From Methanobacterium sp. UBA279 (GTDB taxonomy: Archaea; Methanobacteriota; Methanobacteria; Methanobacteriales; Methanobacteriaceae): a stretch of 32,000 nt of DNA. How positions within the stretch are numbered: position 1 is the first letter of the stretch; every line of letters starts with the position of its first letter. Where the stretch lies: contig DAQK01000046.1 of the NCBI GenBank assembly GCA_002502855.1, positions 20,652 to 52,651 on the forward strand, in the 5' to 3' direction. The position numbers were made by a program, and so were the translations under genes. Of the stretch, positions 19,792 through 31,058 are shown in pieces. The notes below the pieces were generated by a model, which was given only the letters and a program-made list of their open reading frames with translations, was not told where the DNA came from and made no database searches.

Positions 19792-20217
19792 TTACAACCC
19801 CTTTTCCTCGAATATTTTCCAGATATCCGGATGCCTATCCTTCACAGCTTCCTCAATGAGGAGTGATGCCTCATTGCTTATGCTGAACTCAGGTTTTGTT
19901 TTCTTTAAAAACCTTAAAACTGCAGCTGATTTAGCAGACCATAATGATATCCGTGGATTCTTATGCACTTCCAAAAGTACCGCATCGACGATCTTATCAT
20001 CTACGCTGGGAGTTGATGATTCCTGTATTTGTGTGCTAACATCAGTTTCAGCAGTTTCTGCTTTTTTATCTTTTGAGATTTTTGCAGAACCAGTGCTTTT
20101 TGCCTGTTTTTTCCCTGATTTTTTTGGTCTTTCCTCTTCCTCATCTAGGTAATCCTTCCTTATAAGGGCGTCTAATCCTTTACCAAGGGCATTTTCCGGC
20201 CTTTTTCTGGGTGTCAT
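19792..20217 (-). CDS. Small ParA-partner-like protein with ParB-type N-terminal peptide
   Basis: 141 aa: MTPRKRPENALGKGLDALIRKDYLDE, then a Lys/Ser/Thr/Asp/Glu-rich linker, then a conserved-looking C-terminal helical region VLLEVHKNPRISLWSAKSAAVLRFLKKTKPEFSISNEASLLIEEAVKDRHPDIWKIFEEKGL. The start overlaps the parA stop (ATGA). Confidence 0.7.
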   Translation of the reverse strand: MTPRKRPENALGKGLDALIRKDYLDEEEERPKKSGKKQAKSTGSAKISKDKKAETAETDVSTQIQESSTPSVDDKIVDAVLLEVHKNPRISLWSAKSAAVLRFLKKTKPEFSISNEASLLIEEAVKDRHPDIWKIFEEKGL

Positions 20218-20999
20218 TTGTTGTCACCCTCACCTTCCATTTGAATGATCTCCTTAGCCAGTTTCTGGTAGGCCTCTGTACCGCTGCATTTTTCATCATA
20301 CAGGATACAGGGGATTCCATGGCTGGGTGCTTCCGCTAACTTAACATTACGGGGAATGGTGGTTTTGAAGATGTGCTCAGTCTCTCCAAAGTACTGTTTC
20401 ACGTTGTTGTAAACATCCCTGCCCAGACGGGTCCTGGAATCATATAAAGTTAAAAGAATTCCCTTGATGGGTGAAGGGCTGTTCAACCTGGTTTTTACCA
20501 GATCCATGGCCTGGATTAAATCAGCCATCCCCTCTAATGCATAAAACTCCGCTTGTATTGGTATGATAACGCTGTTAGAAGCTACAATGGAATTTAAAGT
20601 CAACAATCCAAGGGAGGGTGGGACATCTATGAAAATGTAATCGTAGTTATCAACATATCCATCAACAGCTTCTTTTAAAATTGAATGGGGGCCTATAGTT
20701 TTACTTAATTCCAGTTCTGCCCCGCTTAAGTCGATGTTACTAGGTAACAGATCCAGTTGAGGTATGCTGGTTTGTATTATGGACTCTTCTACGGTGCTTT
20801 GCCCAGATAGAACTGAATAGATAGTATTTATTTGGTTATTTTTCTCCATTCCCAACCCCGTTGTGGCGTTACCCTGGGGATCCATATCTATTACCAGAAC
20901 ATTTCTATCTGAAAGGGCCAGTGCTGCTGCAAGGTTTACTGCAGTGGTAGTTTTCCCACATCCTCCCTTCTGGTTTAATATAGCTATAATCTCGCTCAT
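20214..20999 (-). CDS. parA: ParA/Soj family chromosome-partitioning ATPase
   Basis: MSEIIAILNQKGGCGKTTTAVNLAAALA (deviant Walker A), VLVIDMDPQGNATTGLG, YDYIFIDVPPSLGLLTLNSI. Start refined to MSEII. Confidence 0.92.
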   Translation of the reverse strand: MSEIIAILNQKGGCGKTTTAVNLAAALALSDRNVLVIDMDPQGNATTGLGMEKNNQINTIYSVLSGQSTVEESIIQTSIPQLDLLPSNIDLSGAELELSKTIGPHSILKEAVDGYVDNYDYIFIDVPPSLGLLTLNSIVASNSVIIPIQAEFYALEGMADLIQAMDLVKTRLNSPSPIKGILLTLYDSRTRLGRDVYNNVKQYFGETEHIFKTTIPRNVKLAEAPSHGIPCILYDEKCSGTEAYQKLAKEIIQMEGEGDNK

Positions 21000-21039
21000 A
21001 AAACAATCCTCCCACATTTAGTGATAACTTCTAAATGAT

Positions 21040-21055
21040 AAGTTATAAGTTATAA
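21040..21055. repeat. AAGTTATAAGTTATAA element upstream of parA
   Basis: Direct reading. An inverted half-copy, ATAACTT, is at 21024-21030. Confidence 0.75.
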
Positions 21056-21170
21056 TATAAATATTTATCGTTGAATAGGGGTTTATTTAAGCTGATTTTG
21101 TAGAAAATTAGGAGTAATTAAAAAGGAATATTTTAGAGAAATTTTAATGAAAAAAATAAAAAACTTATCC

Positions 21171-23000
21171 TTAAAACTGGACTCTCTGGGATAATTTAAC
21201 GGGTAAAGGAAGCTTCCTAAATGGCATTCCATTTGTTTCCTCTTTTATACGTTCAATCAAAGTTTTTTTATCCATCAAAACTTTATCCTGGGTTTCACGT
21301 ACATTAACCATGAGCTTGTCGCTTTCAAGTTCTTTATCTCCAACGACGATTACATAAGGGACCCAATCCCCTGCAGCGTTACGTATTTTCTTTCCCACAG
21401 TCTCCTGACGGTCATCAACATCCGCCCGTATCTGTTCATTCCGTAATTCCTCTGCTAAAGAGAAAGCAAAGTCCATGTGTCTTTCTGCAATGGGTAAAAC
21501 CCTCACCTGGCTGGGTGAAAGCCACACCGGGAACATGGGCGATTGAACTTCCATCTGAATAGCGCTGTTTTCCAGTAAAGCACCGATCACTCTTTCAATA
21601 CTTCCAGTAGGGCTGCAGTGTATGATTATGGGTGTTTCCTCCTCTTCATCAGGACCTATATACTTAATCCCAAATCTTTCCCCACTTTCTACGTCTATCT
21701 GGATTGTTGGGTTTTCGATGGGCCTGCCTAAATAATCTATTGCAGCGAAATCCATCTTACAGATCCAGTAATGTTTTCTCCTGGGTAAAATCTCTAAAAG
21801 GACTGGTTTTCCCACCTTCTGGGCAGAATCCATGACCCATTCCCTGTTTTCCTCCAGGAAATCTGCGGTAACCCTCATTATTGCCTCGTAGTTGATCTCG
21901 AGGTCCTCACCTGTCTGGGCGCACATGGTGATCTGACTGTCGAACTCCTCCATGGACTGCCCCACATTGGTACAAATGGTATGCATATCAGGCATGGTAA
22001 ATCCCCTGAGTCTTTTAAGGCCTACCACTTCTCCTCTTTTCTCTAAACGGAAGCTGTACGTTGATAACTCATAGATTGCCAGAGGGAGGTTTTTCCAGGT
22101 TAAAAATGTATCAGAAAGTAATCGGAAGGCACCGAAGCAACAGGCGTATCTGAGCATGAGATTCTTACTTTTAGTACCCATACGGTACTGCCTTTCCCCG
22201 AATTTCTCTGCATGGACTCTGATGGCCTCATCACCCAGATCGTACATTATAGGTGTTTCTACCGGCATGGCTCCTCTATCGGTAACCAGATTATAAACAT
22301 AATCTGCAAGTAAATCTCGGATAAGCCTTCCTTTGGGGTACCATCGCAGATGGCCTATATCCGCTGATGGTTCATAGTCAGCCAAATCCTTTTCCCTCAT
22401 GAGTTTTACATGAGGAGGCTCTTCACCAGTTGATTCTAATTCACCCAGTTCATAGGCCACCAGTTTCTCCAGGTCACTGCTCTGGTAAGTGAACTCACCA
22501 GGGTCGTACAGTTCATCTTCACTTAATATATAGAATCTGGAGGGTTCTTCTTCTCCTTTCTCCTCATGTGCTTTTTCCACCACTATGTTCCGGGAAAGCT
22601 CGGAGAGGGGATGTCCTTTACAGGATAGTTCGAAGGATTTATACCAACCAAAAGGTACTCTCTCCACCTTGAGTCCATCTGCTGCTAATACCTCTTTCAT
22701 TTCCTTTAAAATCTTCTTTGCAACGTCGGGCGAGCTTAAAGATGAGCTTAAATGTGCATAAGGATAGATTACTATATTATCTGCTTTTACCTTTGAAAAT
22801 ACGTCTTTTATCTCCTTAACAGCTTTTTCCACAACAGCCTGGGGGTCCTCCTCATCCTGTTTCTCCACAGCAGTGAAAACCACTAAAGAATTTTCAAAGT
22901 GCATTGACTTCTGTTTATCTTCAATATCTTCTGCTATTTTGGTCTTAGACTTAGTTTTATAGTTTATATAATCAGAATGAATCAGTAGTATCCTCATTTT
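21171..23000 (-). CDS. thrS: Archaeal-type threonyl-tRNA synthetase with N-terminal editing domain
   Basis: [21 protein letters not shown]-terminal archaeal editing domain; class II motifs [37 protein letters not shown]; C-terminal anticodon-binding domain [20 protein letters not shown]. Confidence 0.96.
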   Translation of the reverse strand, partial: KMRILLIHSDYINYKTKSKTKIAEDIEDKQKSMHFENSLVVFTAVEKQDEEDPQAVVEKAVKEIKDVFSKVKADNIVIYPYAHLSSSLSSPDVAKKILKEMKEVLAADGLKVERVPFGWYKSFELSCKGHPLSELSRNIVVEKAHEEKGEEEPSRFYILSEDELYDPGEFTYQSSDLEKLVAYELGELESTGEEPPHVKLMREKDLADYEPSADIGHLRWYPKGRLIRDLLADYVYNLVTDRGAMPVETPIMYDLGDEAIRVHAEKFGERQYRMGTKSKNLMLRYACCFGAFRLLSDTFLTWKNLPLAIYELSTYSFRLEKRGEVVGLKRLRGFTMPDMHTICTNVGQSMEEFDSQITMCAQTGEDLEINYEAIMRVTADFLEENREWVMDSAQKVGKPVLLEILPRRKHYWICKMDFAAIDYLGRPIENPTIQIDVESGERFGIKYIGPDEEEETPIIIHCSPTGSIERVIGALLENSAIQMEVQSPMFPVWLSPSQVRVLPIAERHMDFAFSLAEELRNEQIRADVDDRQETVGKKIRNAAGDWVPYVIVVGDKELESDKLMVNVRETQDKVLMDKKTLIERIKEETNGMPFRKLPLPVKLSQRVQF

Positions 23001-23251
23001 TATCACCAATTTTATATCATGTTAAATTTAGATGCGTAATTCTAATTTGATCATGGCCCGTAACATAATCGTTTTATTAATATGATGATATTTAAATTAT
23101 GTAAACGATATTAAATAAAGGAGCAAAAAAATTTTAAAAAACATGTTTTTTAGTAAAATTTTGATGCCCTTAACTTATATAATAATCAATAATGAAGCAT
23201 TATTTTAAAAAAATTATTTTTCAACATAGAGAACAGATTCAAGTTGATAGA

Positions 23252-24907
23252 ATGAGAAGCGATACCATTAAAAAAGGCTTACAAAGAGCACCCCACAGAT
23301 CTTTGCTGCGCGCCTGCGGTGTAACCGACGAGGAAATGAAAAAACCTTTCATCGGTATAGCTAACAGCTTCACAGATATAGTACCCGGACATATTCATCT
23401 TAATCAAATAGCTGAAGCAGTTAAGTTAGGTATAAGTCAAGCAGGTGGCGTGCCCTTTGAATTTTCTACCATGGCCATCTGTGACGGTATCGCCATGAAC
23501 CATGAAGGCATGCGTTACTCCCTGGCCTCCCGGGAGATAGTGGCAGACACCGTGGAAAGCATGGCCCAGGCACACCAGTTCGATGCCCTGGTTCTAATCC
23601 CATCCTGTGATAAAATAGTCCCAGGAATGCTCATGGCCGCTGCCAGGCTGGACATACCCTCCATCGTAGTTACCGGAGGCCCCATGCTACCGGGAATATT
23701 TAAAGATGAACCGGTGGATCTCATAAATGTCTACGAAGCAGTAGGTGCAGTTAACGCTGGTAAAATGACTGAAGAAGAGTTAAGGGAACTGGAAAAATGC
23801 GCCTGCCCGGGTGCGGGTTCATGCGCCGGACTATTTACCGCCAACACCATGGCCTGTCTTACAGAAGCAATGGGTATGAGTTTACCAGGATGCGCCAGCA
23901 GCCACGCTGTTTCCGGGAAGAAAATACAGATCGCCCGATCATCAGGCCGGCAAATCCTCCAACTCCTGGAGAAAAACCTCACACCATCCCAGATAATGAC
24001 CCAGGAAGCCTTTGAAAACGCCGTTATGGTTGATTTAGCACTGGGAGGATCCACCAACACCACGTTACACTTACCCGCCATTGCATATGAACTGGAAGAT
24101 AAAGGAGTTAAGGTAAATCTGGACCTCTTTGAAGAATACAATAAGAAGATACCACATATTGCTTCTATCAGCCCCTCTGGGAAACACACCATGCTAGATC
24201 TGGAACAGGCCGGGGGCATTCCCGCAGTTCTAAAAGTTCTAGAAAAGGAATTAAATGAGGAAGTCTTAACCTGTACTGCACAAAGTCTTAAGGATAATAT
24301 AAAAGATGTCAGTGTATTAGACAGTGAAATAATCAAGCCCCTGGATAATCCAGTCCACAAAGAAGGAGGACTGGCTATTTTAAAGGGTAACCTGGCACCT
24401 GATGGGGCTGTTGTAAAACAAGGCGCGATTGATTCGGATATGCTGGTCCATGAAGGTCCTGCCCGGGTTTATGAGAGTGAAGAAGAATGTGTTAACGCCA
24501 TAAATCAGGGCGAGATAAAGGAAGGAGACGTAATTATAATTAGATATGAGGGACCTAAAGGCGGTCCTGGTATGAGAGAGATGTTAAACCCAACTTCTGC
24601 AATATCTGGAATGGGAATAAAATCTGTGGCACTTATAACTGATGGAAGATTCTCAGGAGGTACCCGAGGCCCGTGTGTCGGCCATGTATCCCCGGAAGCA
24701 GCTGCTGAGGGACCCCTAGCAGCAGTCAAAGATGGTGATATCATCAAAATAGATATACCCCGGAGAAAGTTGGATATTAAAGTTACACCAGAAGAGATAG
24801 ATGAACGGATTAAAAAAGCTGTTAAACCGGACAGACATGTTAAAGGATGGCTAGCCCGGTACAGGAAACTCTCTACTTCCGCAGATAAAGGAGCTATCCT
24901 TAAATAA
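23252..24907 (+). CDS. ilvD: Dihydroxy-acid dehydratase
   Basis: [121 protein letters not shown]. Start refined to the internal Met. Confidence 0.97.
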   Translation: MRSDTIKKGLQRAPHRSLLRACGVTDEEMKKPFIGIANSFTDIVPGHIHLNQIAEAVKLGISQAGGVPFEFSTMAICDGIAMNHEGMRYSLASREIVADTVESMAQAHQFDALVLIPSCDKIVPGMLMAAARLDIPSIVVTGGPMLPGIFKDEPVDLINVYEAVGAVNAGKMTEEELRELEKCACPGAGSCAGLFTANTMACLTEAMGMSLPGCASSHAVSGKKIQIARSSGRQILQLLEKNLTPSQIMTQEAFENAVMVDLALGGSTNTTLHLPAIAYELEDKGVKVNLDLFEEYNKKIPHIASISPSGKHTMLDLEQAGGIPAVLKVLEKELNEEVLTCTAQSLKDNIKDVSVLDSEIIKPLDNPVHKEGGLAILKGNLAPDGAVVKQGAIDSDMLVHEGPARVYESEEECVNAINQGEIKEGDVIIIRYEGPKGGPGMREMLNPTSAISGMGIKSVALITDGRFSGGTRGPCVGHVSPEAAAEGPLAAVKDGDIIKIDIPRRKLDIKVTPEEIDERIKKAVKPDRHVKGWLARYRKLSTSADKGAILK

Positions 24908-24916
24908 GGTGAATTT

Positions 24917-25354
24917 ATGACGGATACCAAGGAAATACTAAGCTACGTTGCAATTATTATTATTGGAATTCTCCTGGCCCAACACTTAAACGTGGTGGTT
25001 TCCGGGAGTATGGAACCTACCTTCGCCAGAGGAGATGTGGTAGTCATTCAAAAGGCTAATTTTTTCGGCCTATCTGAATTAAACACCACCAATTTAGAGG
25101 TAGGAGACGTAGTAATCTATGATGCAACCTGGTTCCCCGAACCAGTGATACACCGTATCATAGAAAAAGGAACCAGCCCAGATGGAAGATTATATTACGT
25201 AATCAAGGGTGATAATAATCCAGGCCCTGATCAGGCACCAGTATATCCAGAACAGATCCAGGCCAAGGTCATCTCCTTCGGAGAAAATCAGGGTGAAAAC
25301 CTGTTTATAATTCCTTATATAGGTCGAATTACCCTCTGGATAAGAGGATTATGA
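24917..25354 (+). CDS. Signal peptidase I (archaeal/ER type, S26B-like)
   Basis: TM segment [18 protein letters not shown], catalytic Ser in [18 protein letters not shown], His in place of the bacterial Lys ([10 protein letters not shown]), and KGDNNPGPD. Confidence 0.9.
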   Translation: MTDTKEILSYVAIIIIGILLAQHLNVVVSGSMEPTFARGDVVVIQKANFFGLSELNTTNLEVGDVVIYDATWFPEPVIHRIIEKGTSPDGRLYYVIKGDNNPGPDQAPVYPEQIQAKVISFGENQGENLFIIPYIGRITLWIRGL

Positions 25355-25427
25355 AATAAATCTCTTAAAAACTTAAAAATATTAAAATACTTCCCCTTTT
25401 TTATGCTTTTTATTTAAGGTGAATCTA

Positions 25428-27269
25428 ATGTTTAGAAAATTACATAGAGATGTAAGAAAGTCTGTCAAAGAAGCTATAATTGAGTTGGGCTGGGATTTAC
25501 CAGATAACATACCAATAGAGGAACCTCCACGTCCTGATATGGGGGATGTGGCAACTTCAGTGGCCTTTGAACTTGCAAGTAAGTTAAAAAGGTCGCCAGT
25601 GAAAATAAACAGAGAATTAATGGAGGTTATCAAAAAACCAACCATCTTCAAAGAAATTAAATCGGTAGGCCCCTACCTCAACTTCTTCATAAACTACCAG
25701 AACTATTCAGAATCCGTACTGGAAACTGTGGATGAAGACTATGGTAAATTAGAAACTATCCATGAAAAAATAATACTGGAACATACATCAGCAAATCCCA
25801 ACGGACCATTACATATTGGACATATCCGAAATTCAATTTTAGGCGATTCTTTAAGCCGTATATTAAGTAATTCAGGATGTACGGTGGAAACACAGTATTA
25901 TGTAAATGATATGGGCCGTCAGATAGCCATGGTTGTCTGGGGATTACTGAACCTGAAATTCGACCCCAGTAAACTGGCCGATCAATCACCTAAGGATATC
26001 GATCCCTACCAGCAAATAGATAACATCATCAAAGAGCACTCAAAACTCAATGATCTGGAAGGGACGTATTTAAACGGACTCAAAAACATCTTATACCTAC
26101 AGATCTTCATAGACGCGGAATTACGCGATCACCAAATCGGTGAACTCTACTTTCAGGTTAACCAGGAACTTAAAAATAACCCAGACCTTAAAGGTGGTGT
26201 TGATGAGTTATTAAGGGTTTATGAAAGGGGTAACGACCCGCTTCTGGGATTTTTCTTTAAAGAAGCAGTAAACGCCTGTTTAGAGGGAATGGACCCCACA
26301 CTCCAGAGGTTGCATGTGCACCATAAACGCTTCATCTGGGAGAGCAAATTTGTCCGGAACGGCTCTGTAGATGAAATAATCACCAAACTTAAAAAAGACG
26401 GCCACACCCAGGAAAATGAGATCCTCTGTTTGAATCTGGAGGATTACGGTATCGAAAAAGAACTGGTGCTCATGAGATCAGATGGCACGTCCCTCTATTC
26501 TACCCGTGACCTAGCCTACCACCTGGAAAAATCAAATGAAAGTGATGTGGTAATCGATATCCTTGGATCAGACCATAAACTGGCCATCCAGCAGATCAGC
26601 ATAGTTCTGGGATTTTTAGATGGTAAATCCCCGGAAGTGATTTTCTATGAATTCATAACTCTTCCTGAGGGTTCCATGTCCACCAGAAGAGGGGTATTCA
26701 TCAGTGTGGATGATCTACTCGAGGAATCCACCGAAAGGGCGATGGAAGAAATTAAGAAGAGGAGAGATGACCTGAGCAATGATGAAGCCAGGGAAATAGC
26801 TGAAAAAATTGGGGTGGGGGCTGTAAGGTTTTATATCGCCCGCCTATCTCCAGAAAAACACATCGTGTTCAAGTGGGATGAAGCACTGAGTTTTGAAAGG
26901 GGCTGCGCCTCTATACAGTATGCTCATGCCCGGGCCTGTAAAATACTCCAGAAAGCAGAATTTGATTCTTCCACTGTGAATCTGGAGGGTATTTTAGGTA
27001 AATATGACCTGAAAAGTCCGGAGAGGGAACTGGTCAAGGTCATATCCCAGTTCACCTGGGTGGTTGAAGAATCCGCCCGCAGTAGAAAAGTCCACCTTGT
27101 CTCACAGTACTGCCTGGACCTGGCCAGTGCCTTCAACAAGTTCTATAAATCCATGCCAGTGATAGGCTCTGAAGAAGAAGAATTCAGACTTGCTCTGGTT
27201 GATAAATCTCGGATAACCCTGAGGAACAGTCTGGAATTACTGGGTATCGATGCCCCGGAATCCATGTAA
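25428..27269 (+). CDS. argS: Arginyl-tRNA synthetase
   Basis: [30 protein letters not shown] (HIGH motif), [40 protein letters not shown] (KMSKS-equivalent region); DALR C-terminal domain. Start refined to MFRKL with an upstream AAGGTG. Confidence 0.96.
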   Translation: MFRKLHRDVRKSVKEAIIELGWDLPDNIPIEEPPRPDMGDVATSVAFELASKLKRSPVKINRELMEVIKKPTIFKEIKSVGPYLNFFINYQNYSESVLETVDEDYGKLETIHEKIILEHTSANPNGPLHIGHIRNSILGDSLSRILSNSGCTVETQYYVNDMGRQIAMVVWGLLNLKFDPSKLADQSPKDIDPYQQIDNIIKEHSKLNDLEGTYLNGLKNILYLQIFIDAELRDHQIGELYFQVNQELKNNPDLKGGVDELLRVYERGNDPLLGFFFKEAVNACLEGMDPTLQRLHVHHKRFIWESKFVRNGSVDEIITKLKKDGHTQENEILCLNLEDYGIEKELVLMRSDGTSLYSTRDLAYHLEKSNESDVVIDILGSDHKLAIQQISIVLGFLDGKSPEVIFYEFITLPEGSMSTRRGVFISVDDLLEESTERAMEEIKKRRDDLSNDEAREIAEKIGVGAVRFYIARLSPEKHIVFKWDEALSFERGCASIQYAHARACKILQKAEFDSSTVNLEGILGKYDLKSPERELVKVISQFTWVVEESARSRKVHLVSQYCLDLASAFNKFYKSMPVIGSEEEEFRLALVDKSRITLRNSLELLGIDAPESM

Positions 27270-27296
27270 ATTCATTCTACAGCGAAAATCTGCGTT

Positions 27297-27325
27297 CTAC
27301 AGTAGATAAATTTCTTCTACTGTAG
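27297..27325. terminator. Hairpin in the convergent argS/argF intergenic region
   Basis: CTACAGTAGA (27297-27306) is the exact reverse complement of TCTACTGTAG (27316-27325), 9-nt loop. A second inverted repeat, CTATTTTT...AAAAATAG, is at 27357-27378. Confidence 0.5.
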
Positions 27326-27389
27326 GAAATATGATTTTAAAAATTAAAATGTTCTGCTATTTTTATCTTAAAAAAATAGAAGTTTCCAC

Positions 27390-28295
27390 TTATTTTTTAC
27401 CCAATAAAATGCTGAGTATGGCCTTCTGCACATGCAACCTGTTTTCCGCCTGGTCCCAGACAGCTGCCTGGCCGCAACTCATCACCTCTTCCGTGATTTC
27501 CTGGCCCCTGATTGCCGGTAAGCAGTGCATCACCATGGCCTGGGGATTAGCGAGGTTTAAAACATCACTGTTAACCTGATATTCGCTTAACATCTTCAGA
27601 CGCTGGTTTACTTCCTCTTCATCACCCATACTGACCCAGACATCGGTGTAAATCACGTCAGCTCCTTTTACCTCGTAAACATCGTTAACCACTTCTAACT
27701 TCGACCCAGACGTTTGAGCATACTTTCTAGCCTGTTCAAGTATCATAACGTCTGGTTCGTAGCCTTCCGGGCTGATCACAGTCATATCCATACCAACCAG
27801 GGAGGCTGCAAGTAACAAAGAATTACATACATTATTTCCATCCCCTAAATAAGTAAGATGCACGTTAAATGTTTTTTTATCCTGGTATATGGTGAATATA
27901 TCAGCTAAAGCTTGACAGGGGTGTTCAAGATTTGTTAACCCATTTATAACAGGGATGGTTGCGTTTTCTGCAAATCTAACCACGTCTGAATGTTCTCTAG
28001 CCCGGATCATCACCCCATTTACGTAGCGGGACATCACCTTGGCCGTGTCCTCTATGGGTTCTCCACGTCCCAGCTGGAGTTCTGATTTAGATAGGTAGAG
28101 GGCATGACCACCCAGCTGCAGCATGCCCACTTCAAAGGATATTCTGGTTCTGGTGGATGATTTTTCGAAAATCATAGCTAATACGTTATTTTTAAGGGTT
28201 TGATAACCCCATGGATCCTTTTTAAGTTTATCCGCCAGTTCCAGTATGTCCAATATGTTATCCTGAGTATCGGTGACTGATAGAAGATGTTTCAT
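27390..28295 (-). CDS. argF: Ornithine carbamoyltransferase
   Basis: [81 protein letters not shown]. Confidence 0.96.
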   Translation of the reverse strand: MKHLLSVTDTQDNILDILELADKLKKDPWGYQTLKNNVLAMIFEKSSTRTRISFEVGMLQLGGHALYLSKSELQLGRGEPIEDTAKVMSRYVNGVMIRAREHSDVVRFAENATIPVINGLTNLEHPCQALADIFTIYQDKKTFNVHLTYLGDGNNVCNSLLLAASLVGMDMTVISPEGYEPDVMILEQARKYAQTSGSKLEVVNDVYEVKGADVIYTDVWVSMGDEEEVNQRLKMLSEYQVNSDVLNLANPQAMVMHCLPAIRGQEITEEVMSCGQAAVWDQAENRLHVQKAILSILLGKK

Positions 28296-28359
28296 GATAT
28301 TCTTATCCTCCTAAAATTTGGTAATTTGATGTTAATATTTCCTTACCTTAAAGTAATTA

Positions 28360-29676
28360 TTACCCCAGTAACTCCTGCATATGCTTAATTCTCTTTTCTA
28401 TAAGCTCGGAAGTCCCCACGTCCCTTCGGTGATAGACATCCCCATCAATAAACTGGGTGGACGCTTCACATATTCCTTCTGCCTCGTCTATAGTATCACC
28501 CACAGATACCAGGGCCAGGGCCCGGGAAGAGGAGGTGTAAATCTGGTTGTCTTTCTGATTCACCGCAGCATAATACACGAGGGTGTTATTTTCTTTAATT
28601 TTTTTTTCATCTACCTTTATAATCTGGTTGGGAACTGTTTTACCCGGGTATCCTTGGGGTACGATGTATTTACAGACGGTTGCATGAGAATCAAATTCAG
28701 CGCCCCTTAGATTACCGTCTACTATGCCATTGCAGATATCCACAAAGTTGGTCTGTAGAAGTGGTAAAACGTTCATGGCCTCTGGATCTCCGAATCTGGC
28801 GTTGTATTCGATTAATTTAGGCCCGTCCTTAGTCAGCATGAACTGCCCATATAGGAATCCTTTATATGGTCCTACTTCATTATTTATAGCCTTCACCGTG
28901 TTTTCCATTATTTTAACAGATTCGTCCCGGTATTTTTCATCAAGAAATGGTAGTAAACCATCTGTATCAGAGTAAGAACCCATTCCTCCTGTGATGGGGC
29001 CGAGATCTCCTTCGAATGCGTAGGGATGGTCCTGAACCACCGGCATGGGGGTTATGTTTGTACCATCCACAAAGGCCTGGACTGTGTATTCCTCACCAAC
29101 AGCTCTTTCCTCTATAACTACACCGGCGTATCCACCCATCCTGGTGTCGATGACTTCTTTTGCATAGGATTTTGCTTCTTCGTTATCCTTTAACTGTTCT
29201 CCCACAATTTTAACCCCTTTACCACCGGTCAGTCCGATGGGTTTCACCACCACATCCTGGCCGAAATCATCTATGAAATCACCAACCTCCTGGAAATCAT
29301 CGAATACCTTGTAAACCAGGGATCCGCCGATCTTATAATCCTCGAAGAGATCACGCATGAACGCTTTATCTGTTTCTATCTTAGCAGCCTCCATAGTGGG
29401 GCCCACACAGTCAACACCAGCTTCTACCAACGAATTAACGATGCCTTTCTCCAGCGGGGCTTCTGGGCCTATGATGGCCATGTCTACATTATTATCCAGG
29501 GCGAATTTGGTCACCGTGGGTATGTCATTTTCACTGGCAATCTTAAACTCCGATATCCTGGCTATTCCCGGATTTTGATTGCTCATAATAGAATACAATT
29601 CAGTTTCCTCATCCTGAATGGCTGCCTGGCATATGGCATGCTCTCGCGCTCCGGTTCCTACCACAAGAATCTTCAT
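28360..29676 (-). CDS. purD: Phosphoribosylamine--glycine ligase
   Basis: [75 protein letters not shown]. Confidence 0.96.
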   Translation of the reverse strand: MKILVVGTGAREHAICQAAIQDEETELYSIMSNQNPGIARISEFKIASENDIPTVTKFALDNNVDMAIIGPEAPLEKGIVNSLVEAGVDCVGPTMEAAKIETDKAFMRDLFEDYKIGGSLVYKVFDDFQEVGDFIDDFGQDVVVKPIGLTGGKGVKIVGEQLKDNEEAKSYAKEVIDTRMGGYAGVVIEERAVGEEYTVQAFVDGTNITPMPVVQDHPYAFEGDLGPITGGMGSYSDTDGLLPFLDEKYRDESVKIMENTVKAINNEVGPYKGFLYGQFMLTKDGPKLIEYNARFGDPEAMNVLPLLQTNFVDICNGIVDGNLRGAEFDSHATVCKYIVPQGYPGKTVPNQIIKVDEKKIKENNTLVYYAAVNQKDNQIYTSSSRALALVSVGDTIDEAEGICEASTQFIDGDVYHRRDVGTSELIEKRIKHMQELLG

Positions 29677-29876
29677 TAATGGTTCCCTCCTCTAAAATAA
29701 TCTAATTTTTTTCCCTTAAATCCCAACTATCATTTATAAACATCCAAAGATCATGTATACTTGTAATATTTCAGAATATATGCAATGTTTTTTACACTTT
29801 CAGGTCTGAAATATAGTCCATAAAAGAATATAACTACGAAAATATAAAAACTGATCCCCTAATCCAAGACTTCTTC

Positions 29877-30995
29877 ATGAGCAGAAGCCTAACAGCCAGA
29901 ACACGAAAACAATACCTAATGATACTAACTAATTTCTGCAATTGGAAGCAGCAACTACCCACAGAGTTCATAGAAGAAGCAGAAATTGAACAAAACCAGA
30001 ATATAAAGCTAAAGAAAAGAAAAATAAAAAAAGACCTGATAAGATACATACGATACCTGAAAGATGAAAACAAAAGCCAAAACACCATCTACAACTATAT
30101 CAGCTCCATAAAAGCCATCTACTATGATAATGATATAATAATACCCCGAAACCTACCCACCACACTAAGTAAAGATGAAATACTGAACCAGGAAATCGAG
30201 AAACTCCCAGAACTAAACGATGTGAAAAAACTTGTAACAGTAGCAGACCATAGAAACAGGGCCATTATTCTATTACAACTATCCAGCGGGTTAAGTAGCA
30301 GTGATATCAGAGTTTTAAAGTATAGAGATTTCCTCCAAGCCCTGCAACTACCAGTAACCAGGAAGGTCAATGTAGAATCTGTTATTGAGGAATTATCCAA
30401 TGCTGATGATGATGAGGAACTGATAGGATGGTGGCATTTGAAAAGGTATAAAACCGCTGTTGAATTCACCACCTTTAACAGCCCTGAAAGTACCAGGGCC
30501 ATATTAGACTATTTAGATTGGAGGATGAGGGAAAACAGACCAATAACAGATAATGATGATTGGCTCTTCACCACCAATAGGAACGAACAACTGAAACTAA
30601 GCACAATTACCCTATTTTACAAAAGACTGAATGTTAAAGCCGGTTTTAAGAAAAGACAGAATAAAAGGCATCTAATAACCAGTCACCAGTTAAGGGAGAT
30701 GTTCAGCAGCAGCTTATTCAGGAAAAAAGTGGATAAGATAAGGGTGGATTCTCTCCTGGGACGTAAAATAAACTCCCAAGATACAGCATACTTCAGAAAC
30801 AGTCCAGAAGACTTATACAAGGAATATCTTAAAGCCTTACCAGATTTGACCCTGGAGAAAGTGGAAATCAAGAGGGTGACCAGTAAGGAATATGAACAAT
30901 TACTCAGGCAGAATCGGGAAATGGAGGAGAGAATAGAGAATATGGAAGTCCTGATGAGGGAAATGGCAGAACAACTAACCAGTGGAGAGAAATGA
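29877..30995 (+). CDS. Tyrosine recombinase/integrase-like protein (archaeal)
   Basis: N-terminal SAM-like region LTARTRKQYLMILTNFCNW; catalytic-domain-like RNRAIILLQLSSGLSSSDIRVLKYRDF and LITSHQLREMFSSSLFR (HxLR); and a Tyr region LLGRKINSQDTAYFRNSPEDLYKEYLKALPDLTLE. The true N-terminus is uncertain; see findings. Confidence 0.82.
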   Translation: MSRSLTARTRKQYLMILTNFCNWKQQLPTEFIEEAEIEQNQNIKLKKRKIKKDLIRYIRYLKDENKSQNTIYNYISSIKAIYYDNDIIIPRNLPTTLSKDEILNQEIEKLPELNDVKKLVTVADHRNRAIILLQLSSGLSSSDIRVLKYRDFLQALQLPVTRKVNVESVIEELSNADDDEELIGWWHLKRYKTAVEFTTFNSPESTRAILDYLDWRMRENRPITDNDDWLFTTNRNEQLKLSTITLFYKRLNVKAGFKKRQNKRHLITSHQLREMFSSSLFRKKVDKIRVDSLLGRKINSQDTAYFRNSPEDLYKEYLKALPDLTLEKVEIKRVTSKEYEQLLRQNREMEERIENMEVLMREMAEQLTSGEK

Positions 30996-31058
30996 ACAAA
31001 AAAATAGGCGGATGGATGATATGAGATAGATTTCTAATATATAATTCAATAAGGAGCA

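Noticed and set aside
21171-23000. Unusual N-terminal domain on ThrS
   Set aside because: The distinct N-terminal editing domain is the known archaeal ThrS architecture, not a new fusion.
23731-24930. Minus-strand ORFs (209 aa, 141 aa) antisense to ilvD
   Set aside because: IlvD is unambiguous across this span; these are shadow frames in high-GC third-position sequence.
29834-30088. 84-aa minus-strand ORF opposite the integrase N-terminus
   Set aside because: The Phe/Ile-rich translation is the antisense of an AAA/GAA-rich coding region.
30992-31024. 10-aa mini-ORF (MNKKIGGWMI) overlapping the integrase stop by ATGA
   Set aside because: It is too short, with no independent evidence of translation.
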